Shown: positions 27,357 to 37,313 of the stretch, piece after piece | Numbering within the stretch: the first letter of the stretch is position 1 | How the letters are laid out: each line of letters starts with the position of its first letter | Source of the DNA: Dehalococcoidia bacterium | Lineage (GTDB): Bacteria; Chloroflexota; Dehalococcoidia; Bin125 | Length of the DNA: 64,000 bases | Direction: 5' to 3' | NCBI GenBank assembly: GCA_963555985.3 | Contig: OY820591.1 | Span: forward strand, 3,072,001-3,136,000 | Translations under genes and position numbers: made by a program | Notes under the pieces: model-generated | Database searches by the model: none | Told to the model about the DNA's origin: nothing | The model's input: the letters and a program-made list of their open reading frames with translations, nothing else

Positions 27357-27926
27357 TTGCGGTTGTTTACTGAAGCCATATTGCCCGCAGCGGCGTTATC
27401 GGAAGCCGCTCAAGCGAGCGAAGACTTGCGGCGCGAGTTGGGCGCGACGGCGGACGCCGTGCGCTGGGTGCGTCCCGAGGCGGTGCATCTCACCCTGCGC
27501 TTCCTGGGTGAGATCGACGAACAGCGAACGCCCGCAATTCGGGCCGCCATGACCCAAGCTGCGTCGGCGACGGGGCCGATCTCGCTACAAGTGAGCAGCC
27601 CCGGCGTCTTCGGAGGCCGGCGTCCGCGCGTGCTCTGGGTCGGGCTCGACGGAGAGCTGGATCGTCTGAACCGCTTGGCCGAACGACTGGACGAAGCGCT
27701 GACCGACGCCGGGTTCGAGCCCAGACAAGGCGCGTTTCGCCCCCATGTCACGCTGGGCCGGGTCCGGCGCGGCGCCTCCCGCAGCGAGCTCGCCCAGATC
27801 GCCAGGACGGTGGCGAACGCGCCGCCGCTCGAGGCCGAGACGGTCGTGACCGGAATCGGACTGGTGCAGTCTCAATTGACGCCGACAGGCGCGAACTACC
27901 GCCGCCTGGCAGTGCTGGAGTTGTAG
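27357..27926 (+). CDS. thpR: RNA 2',3'-cyclic phosphodiesterase (2H family)
   Basis: MRLF start; two HxT motifs (HLTLRFLG, PHVTLGR). Confidence 0.88.
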   Translation: MRLFTEAILPAAALSEAAQASEDLRRELGATADAVRWVRPEAVHLTLRFLGEIDEQRTPAIRAAMTQAASATGPISLQVSSPGVFGGRRPRVLWVGLDGELDRLNRLAERLDEALTDAGFEPRQGAFRPHVTLGRVRRGASRSELAQIARTVANAPPLEAETVVTGIGLVQSQLTPTGANYRRLAVLEL

Positions 27927-27962
27927 GATGGAATTGGCTCGTACAGATAGAGGGAGGCGGCG

Positions 27963-28220
27963 ATGCAGAGCAGCTTGATCTCGAAGATCGAGAAGGCCCG
28001 GATCTACGCCGAGCAAGCCGATCGATTTCATCTCACCGCGTTGTCTTGCGAGGTGCGCGGGGACTCGACCACTCACATCGTGACGTTGGGCGAGGACGGC
28101 TGGGGTTGTGATTGCTTCTTTTTCCAGGACGCGGGCACCTGCTCGCACGTGATGGCGATTGAGCGCCACTTCGAGCGCTATCTGCCTGAGATCTACCGCC
28201 CGGTCGTGGTCAGCGCCTAA
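27963..28220 (+). CDS. small SWIM-type zinc-finger protein
   Basis: GGGAGG RBS; CDC...CSH pattern. Confidence 0.7.
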   Translation: MQSSLISKIEKARIYAEQADRFHLTALSCEVRGDSTTHIVTLGEDGWGCDCFFFQDAGTCSHVMAIERHFERYLPEIYRPVVVSA

Positions 28221-28222
28221 GC

Positions 28223-29230
28223 TCAGCGGCGCCGGTTCCAGGCCTCGGCGCGCTGATTGAAGATCTCCGCATCGGCGCGCCATTCGGGATAGCCGATCTG
28301 TCCGTTGTCGGTAAGCCAGTCAATCCGTTCGTCGATGCAGGAGCGAAGCGCATCCGCGCCGGCGGGGAGCACGAAGCCGCCCCGTTCGACCGCAGGATCG
28401 AGCGCGGTCACCAGGAAACGTCCGTCTGAAACGTAGGCTGCATCGCTGTTCCCGATCTCACCGCGAGCGAATGCGTCGATCCGGCCCTCGGCGAGCGCAT
28501 TGAGATACGCCTCCTCGTCAGTACCGAGATAGAGCACCTGAGGACTGCTGTCGTCGGCCGGCAGCAGGCGGGTGCGTTCGGCCAGCAGCGCAGACTGTTC
28601 AGCGGCGTCAATCCGGTAACGCTCGCTGCCGTCCGCGACGATTTGGCCATCGGCAGTGTCGATCCGAACACCGGCCCTGAGCACTCCTTCATCGTCGGCC
28701 AACCCGCTCAGCTGGAGGAGACGGGCTTCGCCGGTCGTACCCCGCACAGCGCCCACGCGGTGTTGCGCGTTGAGGTCGTCGTGACTACGGATCCGTTCGG
28801 CGTCCTCAGCGCGAATCAGTAAGGACTGGCGAAAGCTGATATGTCCGCTCGTGAAGGCGACGACAGTGCGGCCGGAGGCGTCGCGAGTGCGGCTCTCGAG
28901 GATCGTGATCCCTCCCCCAGCCATGTCATAGTCGGGTCCCGCAGGCGCGAGCCAGATCCCAGGCCAGACATCGATCGGAATGCGCTCGAAGCCAAGCCGG
29001 GTATGCTCCATCGCTTCGAGCGCCGTCAACAAATCCGCCTCGTAGCCGAGATGACGCTGATAGCCGGCGGCGTTCGGGTCGCTCTCGGCGCTGTAGCTGA
29101 CCGGCTCGAAGGACGCGAAGAACCCATAGCGGAGGAGCGTCTCTTCATCCGCGCAGGGGCGCGGGTCCTGAGCGCCGCAGGCAACGAAGACGAAGAGCGC
29201 AGCGCCGCAGAGCAAGCTGAAGCGGATCAC
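28223..29230 (-). CDS. amino-acid-type ABC substrate-binding lipoprotein
   Basis: Lipobox FVAC; GYEADLL, GGITILESR, VRGTTGE, GRIDAFARG; start overlaps fabF stop. Confidence 0.7.
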   Translation of the reverse strand: MIRFSLLCGAALFVFVACGAQDPRPCADEETLLRYGFFASFEPVSYSAESDPNAAGYQRHLGYEADLLTALEAMEHTRLGFERIPIDVWPGIWLAPAGPDYDMAGGGITILESRTRDASGRTVVAFTSGHISFRQSLLIRAEDAERIRSHDDLNAQHRVGAVRGTTGEARLLQLSGLADDEGVLRAGVRIDTADGQIVADGSERYRIDAAEQSALLAERTRLLPADDSSPQVLYLGTDEEAYLNALAEGRIDAFARGEIGNSDAAYVSDGRFLVTALDPAVERGGFVLPAGADALRSCIDERIDWLTDNGQIGYPEWRADAEIFNQRAEAWNRRR

Positions 29231-30492
29231 TGGACGCGGCGGAACACCAGGCAGGCATTTTGCCCGCCGAACCCGAATGAGTTCTTGAGCACCGTATTCA
29301 CCGTCGCCGCTCGCGCGACGTTCGGCACGTAGTCGAGATCGCAATCCGGATCCGGGGTCGTGTAGTTGATCGTGGGATGGATGCGACCGTCCGTGATCGC
29401 GCGCACCGCAGCGATCGATTCCAGGCCTCCCGCGCCGCCGAAGACATGCCCGATCATCGACTTGGTCGACGAGATCGGCACATGATGCGCGGCTTCGCCC
29501 AGCGCCTGCTTGATTGCCCGCGTCTCCGAGGCGTCGTTCAGCGGCGTCGAAGTCCCATGCGCGTTCACGTAATCGATCTCCTCAGGCGCGATTCCGGCAT
29601 CCTCGATCGCCCAGTTGATCGCCCGCACCGGCCCTGCGCCGTCGGCATCGGGCATCACCAGATGATGCGCATCGGCGGACGATCCAAAGCCCGCGATCTC
29701 CACCTCGTAGTCCACCCCCCGCGCGCGGGCGGAGGCTTCCGATTCGAGCACGATGATGCCCGCGCCCTCGCCGGGTACGAACCCGTCGCGATCCGCGTCG
29801 AACGGTCTGGACGCGGCGGTCGGATCCTCATTCTTGGTCGTGAGCGCCCGCATCACCGCGAACCCGCCCAGCCCCAGCTGGCAGAACCCCGCCTCGGTGC
29901 CGCCGCTGATCACGATGTCCGCCTGACCATTGCGAATCACGTTGACCGCATCGCCCAGCGCCTGCGTGCCGGCGGCGCAGGCCGTGACCACGGTCGTGTT
30001 GTAGCCCAGCAACCCGAACTGCATCGCAATGTTCGCCGCCGCCATATTCGGCAGCACCTTGGGCAGGAAGAGTGGATCCAGCCGCATCCCCCCGCGCTCA
30101 AAGAGCGTCCCCGCCGTCTTCTGGATTTCGGGGTAGCCGCCCGCTCCGTTGCCCAGCACCACCCCGATCCGGCTGCGATCGAGTGAATCGAGGTCGAGCT
30201 TCGCGTCCTCAATCGCTTCTCGTGCGGCCGCGACTGCGAACTGCGTGAAGCGGGCCATCCGCCGCGCCGACTTGCGATCCATAAAGTCGCGCGCTTCAAA
30301 GTCGCGGATCTCAGCCCCGATCGTGCAGCTGAAACCGCTCACATCGAAGTTCTCGATCGGGACCACCGCGCTGTCGCCGTTGAGCACGTGATTCCAGAAC
30401 AGGTCAACGCCCGGCCCATAGGCCGACATGGCGCCTATGCCGGTGATGACGACGCGGGGCCGATCAGATGGCGACTGAGCTGGCGTAGTCAT
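29227..30492 (-). CDS. fabF: beta-ketoacyl-ACP synthase II
   Basis: TACAAG (Cys), NAHGTST (His), KSMIGH (His), NSFGFGG. Confidence 0.95.
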   Translation of the reverse strand: MTTPAQSPSDRPRVVITGIGAMSAYGPGVDLFWNHVLNGDSAVVPIENFDVSGFSCTIGAEIRDFEARDFMDRKSARRMARFTQFAVAAAREAIEDAKLDLDSLDRSRIGVVLGNGAGGYPEIQKTAGTLFERGGMRLDPLFLPKVLPNMAAANIAMQFGLLGYNTTVVTACAAGTQALGDAVNVIRNGQADIVISGGTEAGFCQLGLGGFAVMRALTTKNEDPTAASRPFDADRDGFVPGEGAGIIVLESEASARARGVDYEVEIAGFGSSADAHHLVMPDADGAGPVRAINWAIEDAGIAPEEIDYVNAHGTSTPLNDASETRAIKQALGEAAHHVPISSTKSMIGHVFGGAGGLESIAAVRAITDGRIHPTINYTTPDPDCDLDYVPNVARAATVNTVLKNSFGFGGQNACLVFRRVQ

Positions 30493-31973
30493 TGCGTGGG
30501 ATCCTGGGCTGGCTCAATGATAGGCAGGTTCGGATCGAGCTCCTGGTTGGGCGCGCGCAGATCGGCAGCCAGCGAGAGCGAACCGAGCGCCAGGATGAGA
30601 TCTCCGGGCTGCGCCAGTTCCAGCGCTCCCGCGAGCGCATCGGCGGGCTCCGGCGCGACGTAAACCGATCCCTCCCAGCCCGCAAACGCCGCCGCTACCT
30701 GCTCCGCGCTGCGCGCGCGGGGATGATCGGAGCGCGTTGCGAAGACGGCTTGGGCGCGGGGTCGAATCGCTCCCGACATCGTGTCCAGCGCCTTGTCTCC
30801 GAGCGCCCCAAAGATGACCAATAACCGTTGGTGCGGGAAGTACTGATCGCAAGCGTCAAGCGCCCGCTCTACCGACTCGGCATTGTGCGCGCCGTCGATC
30901 ACAATGCGCGGCAGCGGCTCACGCTCCACGCCCGCCGGCGGCGTCCAACTCTCGGGTAACGGCAGCTCTTCCAAACGACCGGGCCAGTCAACCGTCGCCA
31001 GACCCCGATGCAGCGCCTCGCTCGAGATTTCCAGACCGCTCGCGGCGAGCTGATCAATCGTCGCAACCGCCGTGATCGCATTGTCAAGCTGATGCTCGCC
31101 CAGCAGCGGCAGCAGATAGAGCGAATGCGGCGACTCGGTCGGTCGCGGCTGACTGCGTTCCACCCGGAACCACTGACCCCACGGTTCGACTCCGGCACTC
31201 GTCCAGCGGTAGCGCTCCGCCACATCAACCAGTGGGATCGGCAGATCGTCGGCGACATCGCGGACAACCGCAGCCGCCCGCGGCCGTCGCTGCGGAGCAA
31301 GCACGGCGGCATGGGTGCCGGCCGTCAGAATCCCCGCCTTCTCGCCTGCGATCTGCGTAATCTTCTTGCCCAGGATGTCCGTGTGCTCATAGGAGAGCGA
31401 GGTAATCACGGCAGCGTCTTTCTCGCCGAACACATTCGTCGAATCCAGCCGTCCGCCAAGTCCGACCTCGACAACCTGGACATCCACCTGATGCTGCCGA
31501 AAGGCGTGGAAGGCAAGCGCGGTCAGAATCTCAAAGGTGCTGACATGGCCGGGATCGTCGGCGAGCTCGGCAGCCACGACCGGCTGCAATTCCGAGCAGA
31601 GCCGCGCGAACTCCTGATCGGGCAAGGGCGCGCCGAGAATCCGAATTCGCTCCGCAAAACTGTGCAGATGCGGACTCGTGAACAATCCTGTCCGATATCC
31701 CGCCTCACGCAGCACCGACTCGATCATCGCGGCGGTGGAGCCTTTGCCTTTTGAGCCGGCCACATGCACCGTGCGCCGTCCGTGCTGCGGTTCGTCCAGC
31801 CGGCGCAGCAGCGAGCGAATCCGATCCAGCGCGAAGTCGGGCTTCGAGCGGCGCGGTCCCGAGCCGCGCTCGAAATCGGCGTGACTCATCAGCCAAGCCG
31901 CCGCCGACTCGTAGCCGGCAAACCGTGCAGCTCTTGGCTGTTCGACTTCGCTGGAATGATCGGTATCGCCCAT
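30489..31973 (-). CDS. folC: folylpolyglutamate synthase / dihydrofolate synthase
   Basis: HVAGSKGKGST, FTSPHL, EVGLGGRLDSTN, WPGRLE, DGAHN; exact start uncertain. Confidence 0.92.
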   Translation of the reverse strand: MGDTDHSSEVEQPRAARFAGYESAAAWLMSHADFERGSGPRRSKPDFALDRIRSLLRRLDEPQHGRRTVHVAGSKGKGSTAAMIESVLREAGYRTGLFTSPHLHSFAERIRILGAPLPDQEFARLCSELQPVVAAELADDPGHVSTFEILTALAFHAFRQHQVDVQVVEVGLGGRLDSTNVFGEKDAAVITSLSYEHTDILGKKITQIAGEKAGILTAGTHAAVLAPQRRPRAAAVVRDVADDLPIPLVDVAERYRWTSAGVEPWGQWFRVERSQPRPTESPHSLYLLPLLGEHQLDNAITAVATIDQLAASGLEISSEALHRGLATVDWPGRLEELPLPESWTPPAGVEREPLPRIVIDGAHNAESVERALDACDQYFPHQRLLVIFGALGDKALDTMSGAIRPRAQAVFATRSDHPRARSAEQVAAAFAGWEGSVYVAPEPADALAGALELAQPGDLILALGSLSLAADLRAPNQELDPNLPIIEPAQDPTQ

Positions 31974-32125
31974 GGACAGCCCGCCTTCGTCTGGATTTGA
32001 TGCACGCAACTTGCGCGCTGATCCCATCGTAAGCGACAGGGCGGGCTTGATCAGCGCGAATAAGGCTGCAACGATCCAATCTGAGCGGGCGCGGCATCGG
32101 TCAGACCATTGCTCGGAGGCACAAC

Positions 32126-33100
32126 ATGGCGCAGACACTGCCTGAAGCGCTGAGTGACATCTGGCCAGAGAAACGGATTGAGGACGGCTTGCTCACGGTC
32201 GTGGAAGCGATCGCGGCCGGCGCCGCCCGCGTAGACGGCCTCACCCGCCGCGCAGCGCTCGCCGGCGTGCTCGGCGACACCGGCGAGACCAACGTCCAGG
32301 GCGAGATCGTGCAGGTGCTCGACGCCGCCGGCACCGACGCCTTCGTCGAATCCCTGCGCGACTGCGGCGCGGTCGCGGCCCTGGCCTGCGAAGAACTCGA
32401 AGATCCCGTCTTCGTCTCCGACGCCGAAGATCACCGCTATCTCGCGCTCTTCGATCCGGTCGACGGCTCCAGCAACATCGACGTCGCCGTCACGATCGGC
32501 TCGATCTTCGCGATCTACCGCCGCCCGGACGCGAGCGCCGTCACTGAGGCGTCGCTGCTCCGCCCCGGCCGCGAACAGGCGGCGGCGGTCTACGTCGTTT
32601 ACGGATCGAGCACGGTCATGGTCACCGCGACGCAGGTGGACGGAACCGGCCGCGTGGACGGCTTCACGCTCGATCCCGAATCCGGTCAGTTCCTGCACAG
32701 CCACGACGACATTCGCATCCCCACCAAGTGCGCCGCCTACAGCGTCAACGAGGGCAACTCGGGCAACTGGCACGCGCCGATGCAGGCGGCGGTGGCCGAA
32801 CTCCGCGCCGACTACGGACTGCGCTACGTCGGATCGTTGGTGGCCGACTTTCACCGCGACCTGCTCAAGGGCGGCATTTTCCTCTACCCGGGCGACGTCA
32901 AGAGTCCCGCCGGCAAGCTGCGACTGGGCTACGAAGCGAATCCGCTCTGCTACGTCGCCGAGCAAGCCGGCGGCGCAGGCAGCACCGGAAACGAACGCAT
33001 CCTGGACGTACAGCCCGAACTGCTGCATCAGCGCACACCGCTGATCGTGGGCAACGCCGATGTGGTCGAACGAGTCGTCGCCCGTCTCGCCGACGGCTAA
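32126..33100 (+). CDS. fbp: fructose-1,6-bisphosphatase class 1
   Basis: FDPVDGSSNID, RYVGSLVADFHR, GKLRLGYEANP, LHQRTP. Confidence 0.92.
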   Translation: MAQTLPEALSDIWPEKRIEDGLLTVVEAIAAGAARVDGLTRRAALAGVLGDTGETNVQGEIVQVLDAAGTDAFVESLRDCGAVAALACEELEDPVFVSDAEDHRYLALFDPVDGSSNIDVAVTIGSIFAIYRRPDASAVTEASLLRPGREQAAAVYVVYGSSTVMVTATQVDGTGRVDGFTLDPESGQFLHSHDDIRIPTKCAAYSVNEGNSGNWHAPMQAAVAELRADYGLRYVGSLVADFHRDLLKGGIFLYPGDVKSPAGKLRLGYEANPLCYVAEQAGGAGSTGNERILDVQPELLHQRTPLIVGNADVVERVVARLADG

Positions 33101-33156
33101 GCGCTCCAATCTGCCAGAGTGATCCCAAACCGACCAACCCGAAGGAGCCAACCGAG

Positions 33157-34191
33157 ATGAGCAACGAACTGCACGAAACCGCGCGCGCCCTGGTCGCGCC
33201 GGGCAAGGGCATCCTCGCCGCCGACGAAAGCAGCCCCACGATCAAGCGCCGCTTCGACACGATCGGCCTCGAATCGACCGCCGACAACCGCCGCGACTGG
33301 CGCCAACTGCTCTTCACCTCCGAGGGCATCGGCGACTGGATCTCGGGCGTGATCCTGTTTGAGGAAACGTTGGCGCAAGACTCCTCCGACGGTCGCCCGC
33401 TCGTGGACGTGCTGACCTCGAACGGGGTGATCCCGGGCGTCAAGGTTGACAAGGGCGCAAAAGACCTCGCCGGTTCACCCGAGGAGAAGGTGACCGAAGG
33501 TCTCGACGGAATGCGCGAACGGCTGGCGCTGTACCGCGAGCAGGGCGCGCGCTTCACCAAGTGGCGCGCCGTGATCGCGATTGGCGAGGGCATTCCCACG
33601 GCTTACTGCCTCAATGTGAACGCGCACGCGCTGGCCCGCTTCGCTGCGCTGTCGCAGGAGGCGGGGTTGGTACCGATCGTTGAGCCGGAAGTGCTGATGG
33701 ACGGGACTCACGACATCGCCGCCTGCGCTGAAGCCACCGAAGCCGCCCTGCGTGCAACCTACGCCGCGCTCGCGATCCAGCAGGTCGATCTGCCCGGCAC
33801 GCTGCTGAAGCCCAACATGGTGCTCTCGGGTAAGAGCGCGTCCGACCGCGCTCCCGCCGAAGTCGTCGCCTCCGAGACCCTGCGCGTCTTCAAGAACTCG
33901 GTACCCGCCGCCGTCCCGGGCTGCGTCTTCCTCTCCGGCGGTCAGAGCGATGAAGAAGCCACGGTCAACCTGGACGCGATCAACCGCGCCGCAGCCGCAT
34001 CCGGCGCGCCCTGGCAGCTCAGCTTCTCCTACGGTCGAGGCTTGCAGGCGACTCCGCTCTCGACTTGGGGCGGGAATCCGGAGAATGTCGGTGCCGCCCA
34101 AGCCGCCTTCCAGCAGCGGGCGCGTCTGACCAGCGCTGCGCGCAAAGGCGAGTACTCGCCGGAGCTGGCGTCGGCGGCTGCGGCGAGCTAG
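33157..34191 (+). CDS. fructose-bisphosphate aldolase class I (eukaryote-like type)
   Basis: GILAADES, KWRAVI, VPIVEPE, LLKPNMV (Schiff-base Lys), FLSGGQS, FSYGRG; AAGGAG RBS. Confidence 0.93.
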   Translation: MSNELHETARALVAPGKGILAADESSPTIKRRFDTIGLESTADNRRDWRQLLFTSEGIGDWISGVILFEETLAQDSSDGRPLVDVLTSNGVIPGVKVDKGAKDLAGSPEEKVTEGLDGMRERLALYREQGARFTKWRAVIAIGEGIPTAYCLNVNAHALARFAALSQEAGLVPIVEPEVLMDGTHDIAACAEATEAALRATYAALAIQQVDLPGTLLKPNMVLSGKSASDRAPAEVVASETLRVFKNSVPAAVPGCVFLSGGQSDEEATVNLDAINRAAAASGAPWQLSFSYGRGLQATPLSTWGGNPENVGAAQAAFQQRARLTSAARKGEYSPELASAAAAS

Positions 34192-34568
34192 GGCCTGTTC
34201 ACACAACTACAAGCTCGGTCGGCCCGCACGCGCGCTGGTCTCGAGGCCGGGCCTCGGCGGTCCCTTCCCCGCCCTCTGCAACCGAGCCGAAACCGGGTAT
34301 GCTCAGAACATATACACGCACGAATCCAATCGGAGACCGCTGTGTCCCGTGAACGCCTCGCTCCAAACCTGGACGCTGCTGGACATGCCCGGATTCTCCT
34401 GGAAAAAATCCGCCCGAATCGGGATGAATCCAGACGGATCTGGACAAATCTGGACAAATCCAGACCCGCGAACGCACGATCCTCAGCGCTCGCCGGGAGA
34501 TCCGCTCAATCCCTCCGAAATTCTCCCGCCAAACAGCGCCGACACACTTCGCGCAGTCTGAACACGTC
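34192..34568. mobile_element. non-autonomous IS5/IS701-like element (MITE) flanked by CTAG
   Basis: CTAG|GGCCTGTTCACA ... TCTGAACACGTC|CTAG: imperfect terminal inverted repeats with CTAG on both sides; no transposase. Confidence 0.65.
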
Positions 34569-34582
34569 CTAGGCGGCGATTC

Positions 34583-34615
34583 CGTCATTCTTGCGGAGGG
34601 GGCAGAGATATGACG
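34583..34615. repeat. degenerate CGTC-type repeat
   Basis: CGTCATTCTTGC...GCAGAGATATGACG. Confidence 0.6.
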
Positions 34616-34632
34616 GAGATCGGTCCATCGAC

Positions 34633-35265
34633 ATGCCCCACCGACTCCTGATCGCGACCGGCAACCAGGGCAAACTGCGCGAGTTCCGCGCCCTCTTCGA
34701 TGCACTTGAGGACGCCGGCGACTGGCGGCTCGTCAGCCCGTCCGAGGTGGGACTCGCAGGCTTTGAGGTGGTCGAAGACGGCGACACCTACGCCGCCAAC
34801 GCCGGCCGCAAGGCGCGCGCCTACGCCAACGCCGCCGGATTACCTGCGCTGGCCGATGATTCGGGGCTCGAAGTCGATGCGCTTGACGGCGCGCCCGGTC
34901 TGTACAGCGCTCGGTATGCTGGTGAAGACGCCGACGACGCAGCCAATCGCGCCAAGCTGTTGGACGCGCTGCACGGCGTCGCCGCTGAGCAGCGTTCCGC
35001 GCGTTTCCGCTGCATCATCGGGATCGCCTTCCCCTACACCACCAACGTGCGTCTGGGCGAAGGCGTAGTGGAAGGACGAATCGCGGTGGACGAACGCGGC
35101 GAGCTCGGCTTCGGCTACGACCCGCTCTTCGAGTTGCCCGACGGACGCCGCATGGCCGAACTCTCGACCGCTGAGAAGAATCGGATCAGCCACCGCGCAC
35201 GAGCACTCGCCGACGCCCGCTGGGCGCTCAACTCGCTCGCCAAGACGCTGGACGCCACTGGATAA
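34633..35265 (+). CDS. rdgB: non-canonical purine NTP pyrophosphatase (RdgB/HAM1)
   Basis: ATGNQGK, ADDSGL, GAPGLYSAR, GFGYDP, KNRISHR. Confidence 0.93.
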   Translation: MPHRLLIATGNQGKLREFRALFDALEDAGDWRLVSPSEVGLAGFEVVEDGDTYAANAGRKARAYANAAGLPALADDSGLEVDALDGAPGLYSARYAGEDADDAANRAKLLDALHGVAAEQRSARFRCIIGIAFPYTTNVRLGEGVVEGRIAVDERGELGFGYDPLFELPDGRRMAELSTAEKNRISHRARALADARWALNSLAKTLDATG

Positions 35266-35270
35266 CCGCC

Positions 35271-36308
35271 ATGTCCGAGACCGTCTCGCTGACCCCCGCC
35301 GACACGCCCCTCGATACGCTTGGGCGCCGCTTCGCCGATCTCCGCGTTTCCGTCACCGACCGCTGCAACTTCCGCTGCCCCTACTGCATGCCCCGCGAGA
35401 TCTTCGGACCCGGCTACGAATTCCTGCCCCGCTCTGCGATCCTCAGCTTCGAAGAGATCGTGCGCGTCTCGCGCATCTTCGGCCGGCTCGGTCTGCGCAA
35501 GCTGCGCCTGACCGGCGGCGAACCGACCGTCCGCGCACAACTGCCCACGCTGGTCGCCATGCTGCGCCAGGCCCTGCCCAACGTCGATCTGGCCCTCACC
35601 ACCAACGGAACCCGCCTCACATCGCTCGCCGGACCGCTCCGCGATGCAGGCCTCGATCGCGTCACGGTCAGCCTCGACTCGATCGACCCCGACATCTGCC
35701 GCGAGATGAACGGTGTCGATTTCCCCATGGAGCGAGTCCTGGCCGGAATCGACGCCGCAGCCGAGGCCGGACTCGCGCCGGTCAAGATCAACGCCGTCGT
35801 CAAACGCGGCGTCAACGACGAGGGCATCGCCGATCTGGCCCGCCACTTCCGCGGCAGCGGACACATCGTGCGTTTCATCGAATTCATGGATGTCGGCGCG
35901 ACCAACGGCTGGCGCTTGGACGACGTGGTCTCGGGACGCGAGATCGTCGAACGGCTCAGCGCCGACCTGCCGCTCGAGCCGGTTGACCCCTCCTACCGGG
36001 GCGAAGTCGCTCGCCGCTGGCGCTGGAGCGACGGCAGCGGCGAGATCGGCGTGATCACCTCAGTCACGCAACCCTTCTGCGGCGACTGCACCCGCGCCCG
36101 GCTCTCAGCCGAGGGCCAGCTCTACACCTGCCTCTTCGCCGCTATCGGCAAAGACCTCCGCGCCCCCCTCCGCAGCGGAGCCTCCGACGACGAACTCTAC
36201 GCCCGCATCAGCGGCATCTGGCGAGACCGCGAAGATCGCTACTCCGAACTCCGCAGCGCCGCCACCGCCGACCTGCCCAAAGTAGAAATGTCGCACATTG
36301 GCGGATGA
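35271..36308 (+). CDS. moaA: GTP 3',8-cyclase
   Basis: CNFRCPYC radical-SAM motif, [14 protein letters not shown]...C, C-terminal MSHIGG. Confidence 0.95.
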   Translation: MSETVSLTPADTPLDTLGRRFADLRVSVTDRCNFRCPYCMPREIFGPGYEFLPRSAILSFEEIVRVSRIFGRLGLRKLRLTGGEPTVRAQLPTLVAMLRQALPNVDLALTTNGTRLTSLAGPLRDAGLDRVTVSLDSIDPDICREMNGVDFPMERVLAGIDAAAEAGLAPVKINAVVKRGVNDEGIADLARHFRGSGHIVRFIEFMDVGATNGWRLDDVVSGREIVERLSADLPLEPVDPSYRGEVARRWRWSDGSGEIGVITSVTQPFCGDCTRARLSAEGQLYTCLFAAIGKDLRAPLRSGASDDELYARISGIWRDREDRYSELRSAATADLPKVEMSHIGG

Positions 36309-36804
36309 CGCCCCAACCGCTCCAGCCCGGACCGAACTGAGTCACGTAGACGCCGCCGGCCGCGCGCGCATGGTCGACGTCGGCGCCAAAGCTGTCACCG
36401 AACGCCGCGCCGTCGCCGAAGGCCGCGTCCTCATGCAGCCCGAAACCCTCGAATTGATCCGCAACGCCGCCCTCAAAAAGGGCGATGTCCTAGTCACCGC
36501 CGAACTCGCCGGCGTCATGGCCGCCAAGCGCACCCACGAGCTGATCCCGCTCTGCCATCCGCTCGCGCTCACCCACATCGGCGTAGAGCTGGAACTGCTC
36601 AACGACCCACCCGCTGTCGGCATCAGAGCCACCGTCCGCTGCTCCGGCCAAACCGGAGTCGAAATGGAGGCCCTCACCGCCGTCAGCGTCGCCGCCCTCA
36701 CCGTCTACGACATGGCCAAAGCCGTCGATCGCGGAATGAGAATCGAAGCCATCCGCCTCCGAGAAAAAGACGGAGGCCGCTCCGGCTCGATCCGCCTGGA
36801 ATAG
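36298..36804 (+). CDS. moaC: cyclic pyranopterin monophosphate synthase
   Basis: [33 protein letters not shown]. Confidence 0.95.
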   Translation: MADDAPTAPARTELSHVDAAGRARMVDVGAKAVTERRAVAEGRVLMQPETLELIRNAALKKGDVLVTAELAGVMAAKRTHELIPLCHPLALTHIGVELELLNDPPAVGIRATVRCSGQTGVEMEALTAVSVAALTVYDMAKAVDRGMRIEAIRLREKDGGRSGSIRLE

Positions 36805-36862
36805 AGGCCCGCACACTTGCACAGCGAGCGCGAGCAAACACTCCCGCCAGACCAGCGCCGAT

Positions 36863-37222
36863 TCAGGACAACAGCGGCTCCAACTGATTCACGAAGCGCT
36901 CAACTTGATCGAGGTCATCGCCGATCGCCTCAGCCGACAGCCAACCCTCGTAGAAGTTGGTGTGGAGCGCGCCCGCCTCATTGAAGAGGGTGCGCAACTC
37001 ACGCCGCCCCGTCTCCTCAACCAGGCGATCTACCGTCTCATACAGCTGCCGATGCCCTTGATGACGCCAGCCCCGACTCTCGGCAACTGCCTTCACCATC
37101 TGCGCCGCCGCGCCCCATCCCTTCTCCGACGCCTGCAAGAGCTCATCGTCCGCGAGGTAGACACGAGCCTTGGCCAGAAAAACTTGAGCCGTCTCACTGT
37201 GGTAATCCGTGCGAGTCGTCAT
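36863..37222 (-). CDS. PaREP1/HEPN-like small protein
   Basis: LQASEKGWGAAA, GWRHQGH, LHTNFYE; GGGAG RBS. Confidence 0.75.
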   Translation of the reverse strand: MTTRTDYHSETAQVFLAKARVYLADDELLQASEKGWGAAAQMVKAVAESRGWRHQGHRQLYETVDRLVEETGRRELRTLFNEAGALHTNFYEGWLSAEAIGDDLDQVERFVNQLEPLLS

Positions 37223-37245
37223 GGCTCCCAGCATAGCCAATGCTC

Positions 37246-37300
37246 CGTCATACCCGCGCTCCACCGCGGGTATGACGGAAATCTAGGCGGAGGTATGACG
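37246..37300. repeat. CGTC-type repeat
   Basis: CGTCATACCCGCG-CTCCAC-CGCGGGTATGACG perfect hairpin plus a second GGTATGACG half. Confidence 0.8.
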
Positions 37301-37313
37301 GATCCCAAGGCCC

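Noticed and set aside
25431-34191. Transketolase, FBPase and aldolase as a Calvin-cycle cluster
   Set aside because: No RuBisCO or phosphoribulokinase in the window and the genes are not one operon; gluconeogenesis/pentose phosphate pathway explains them.
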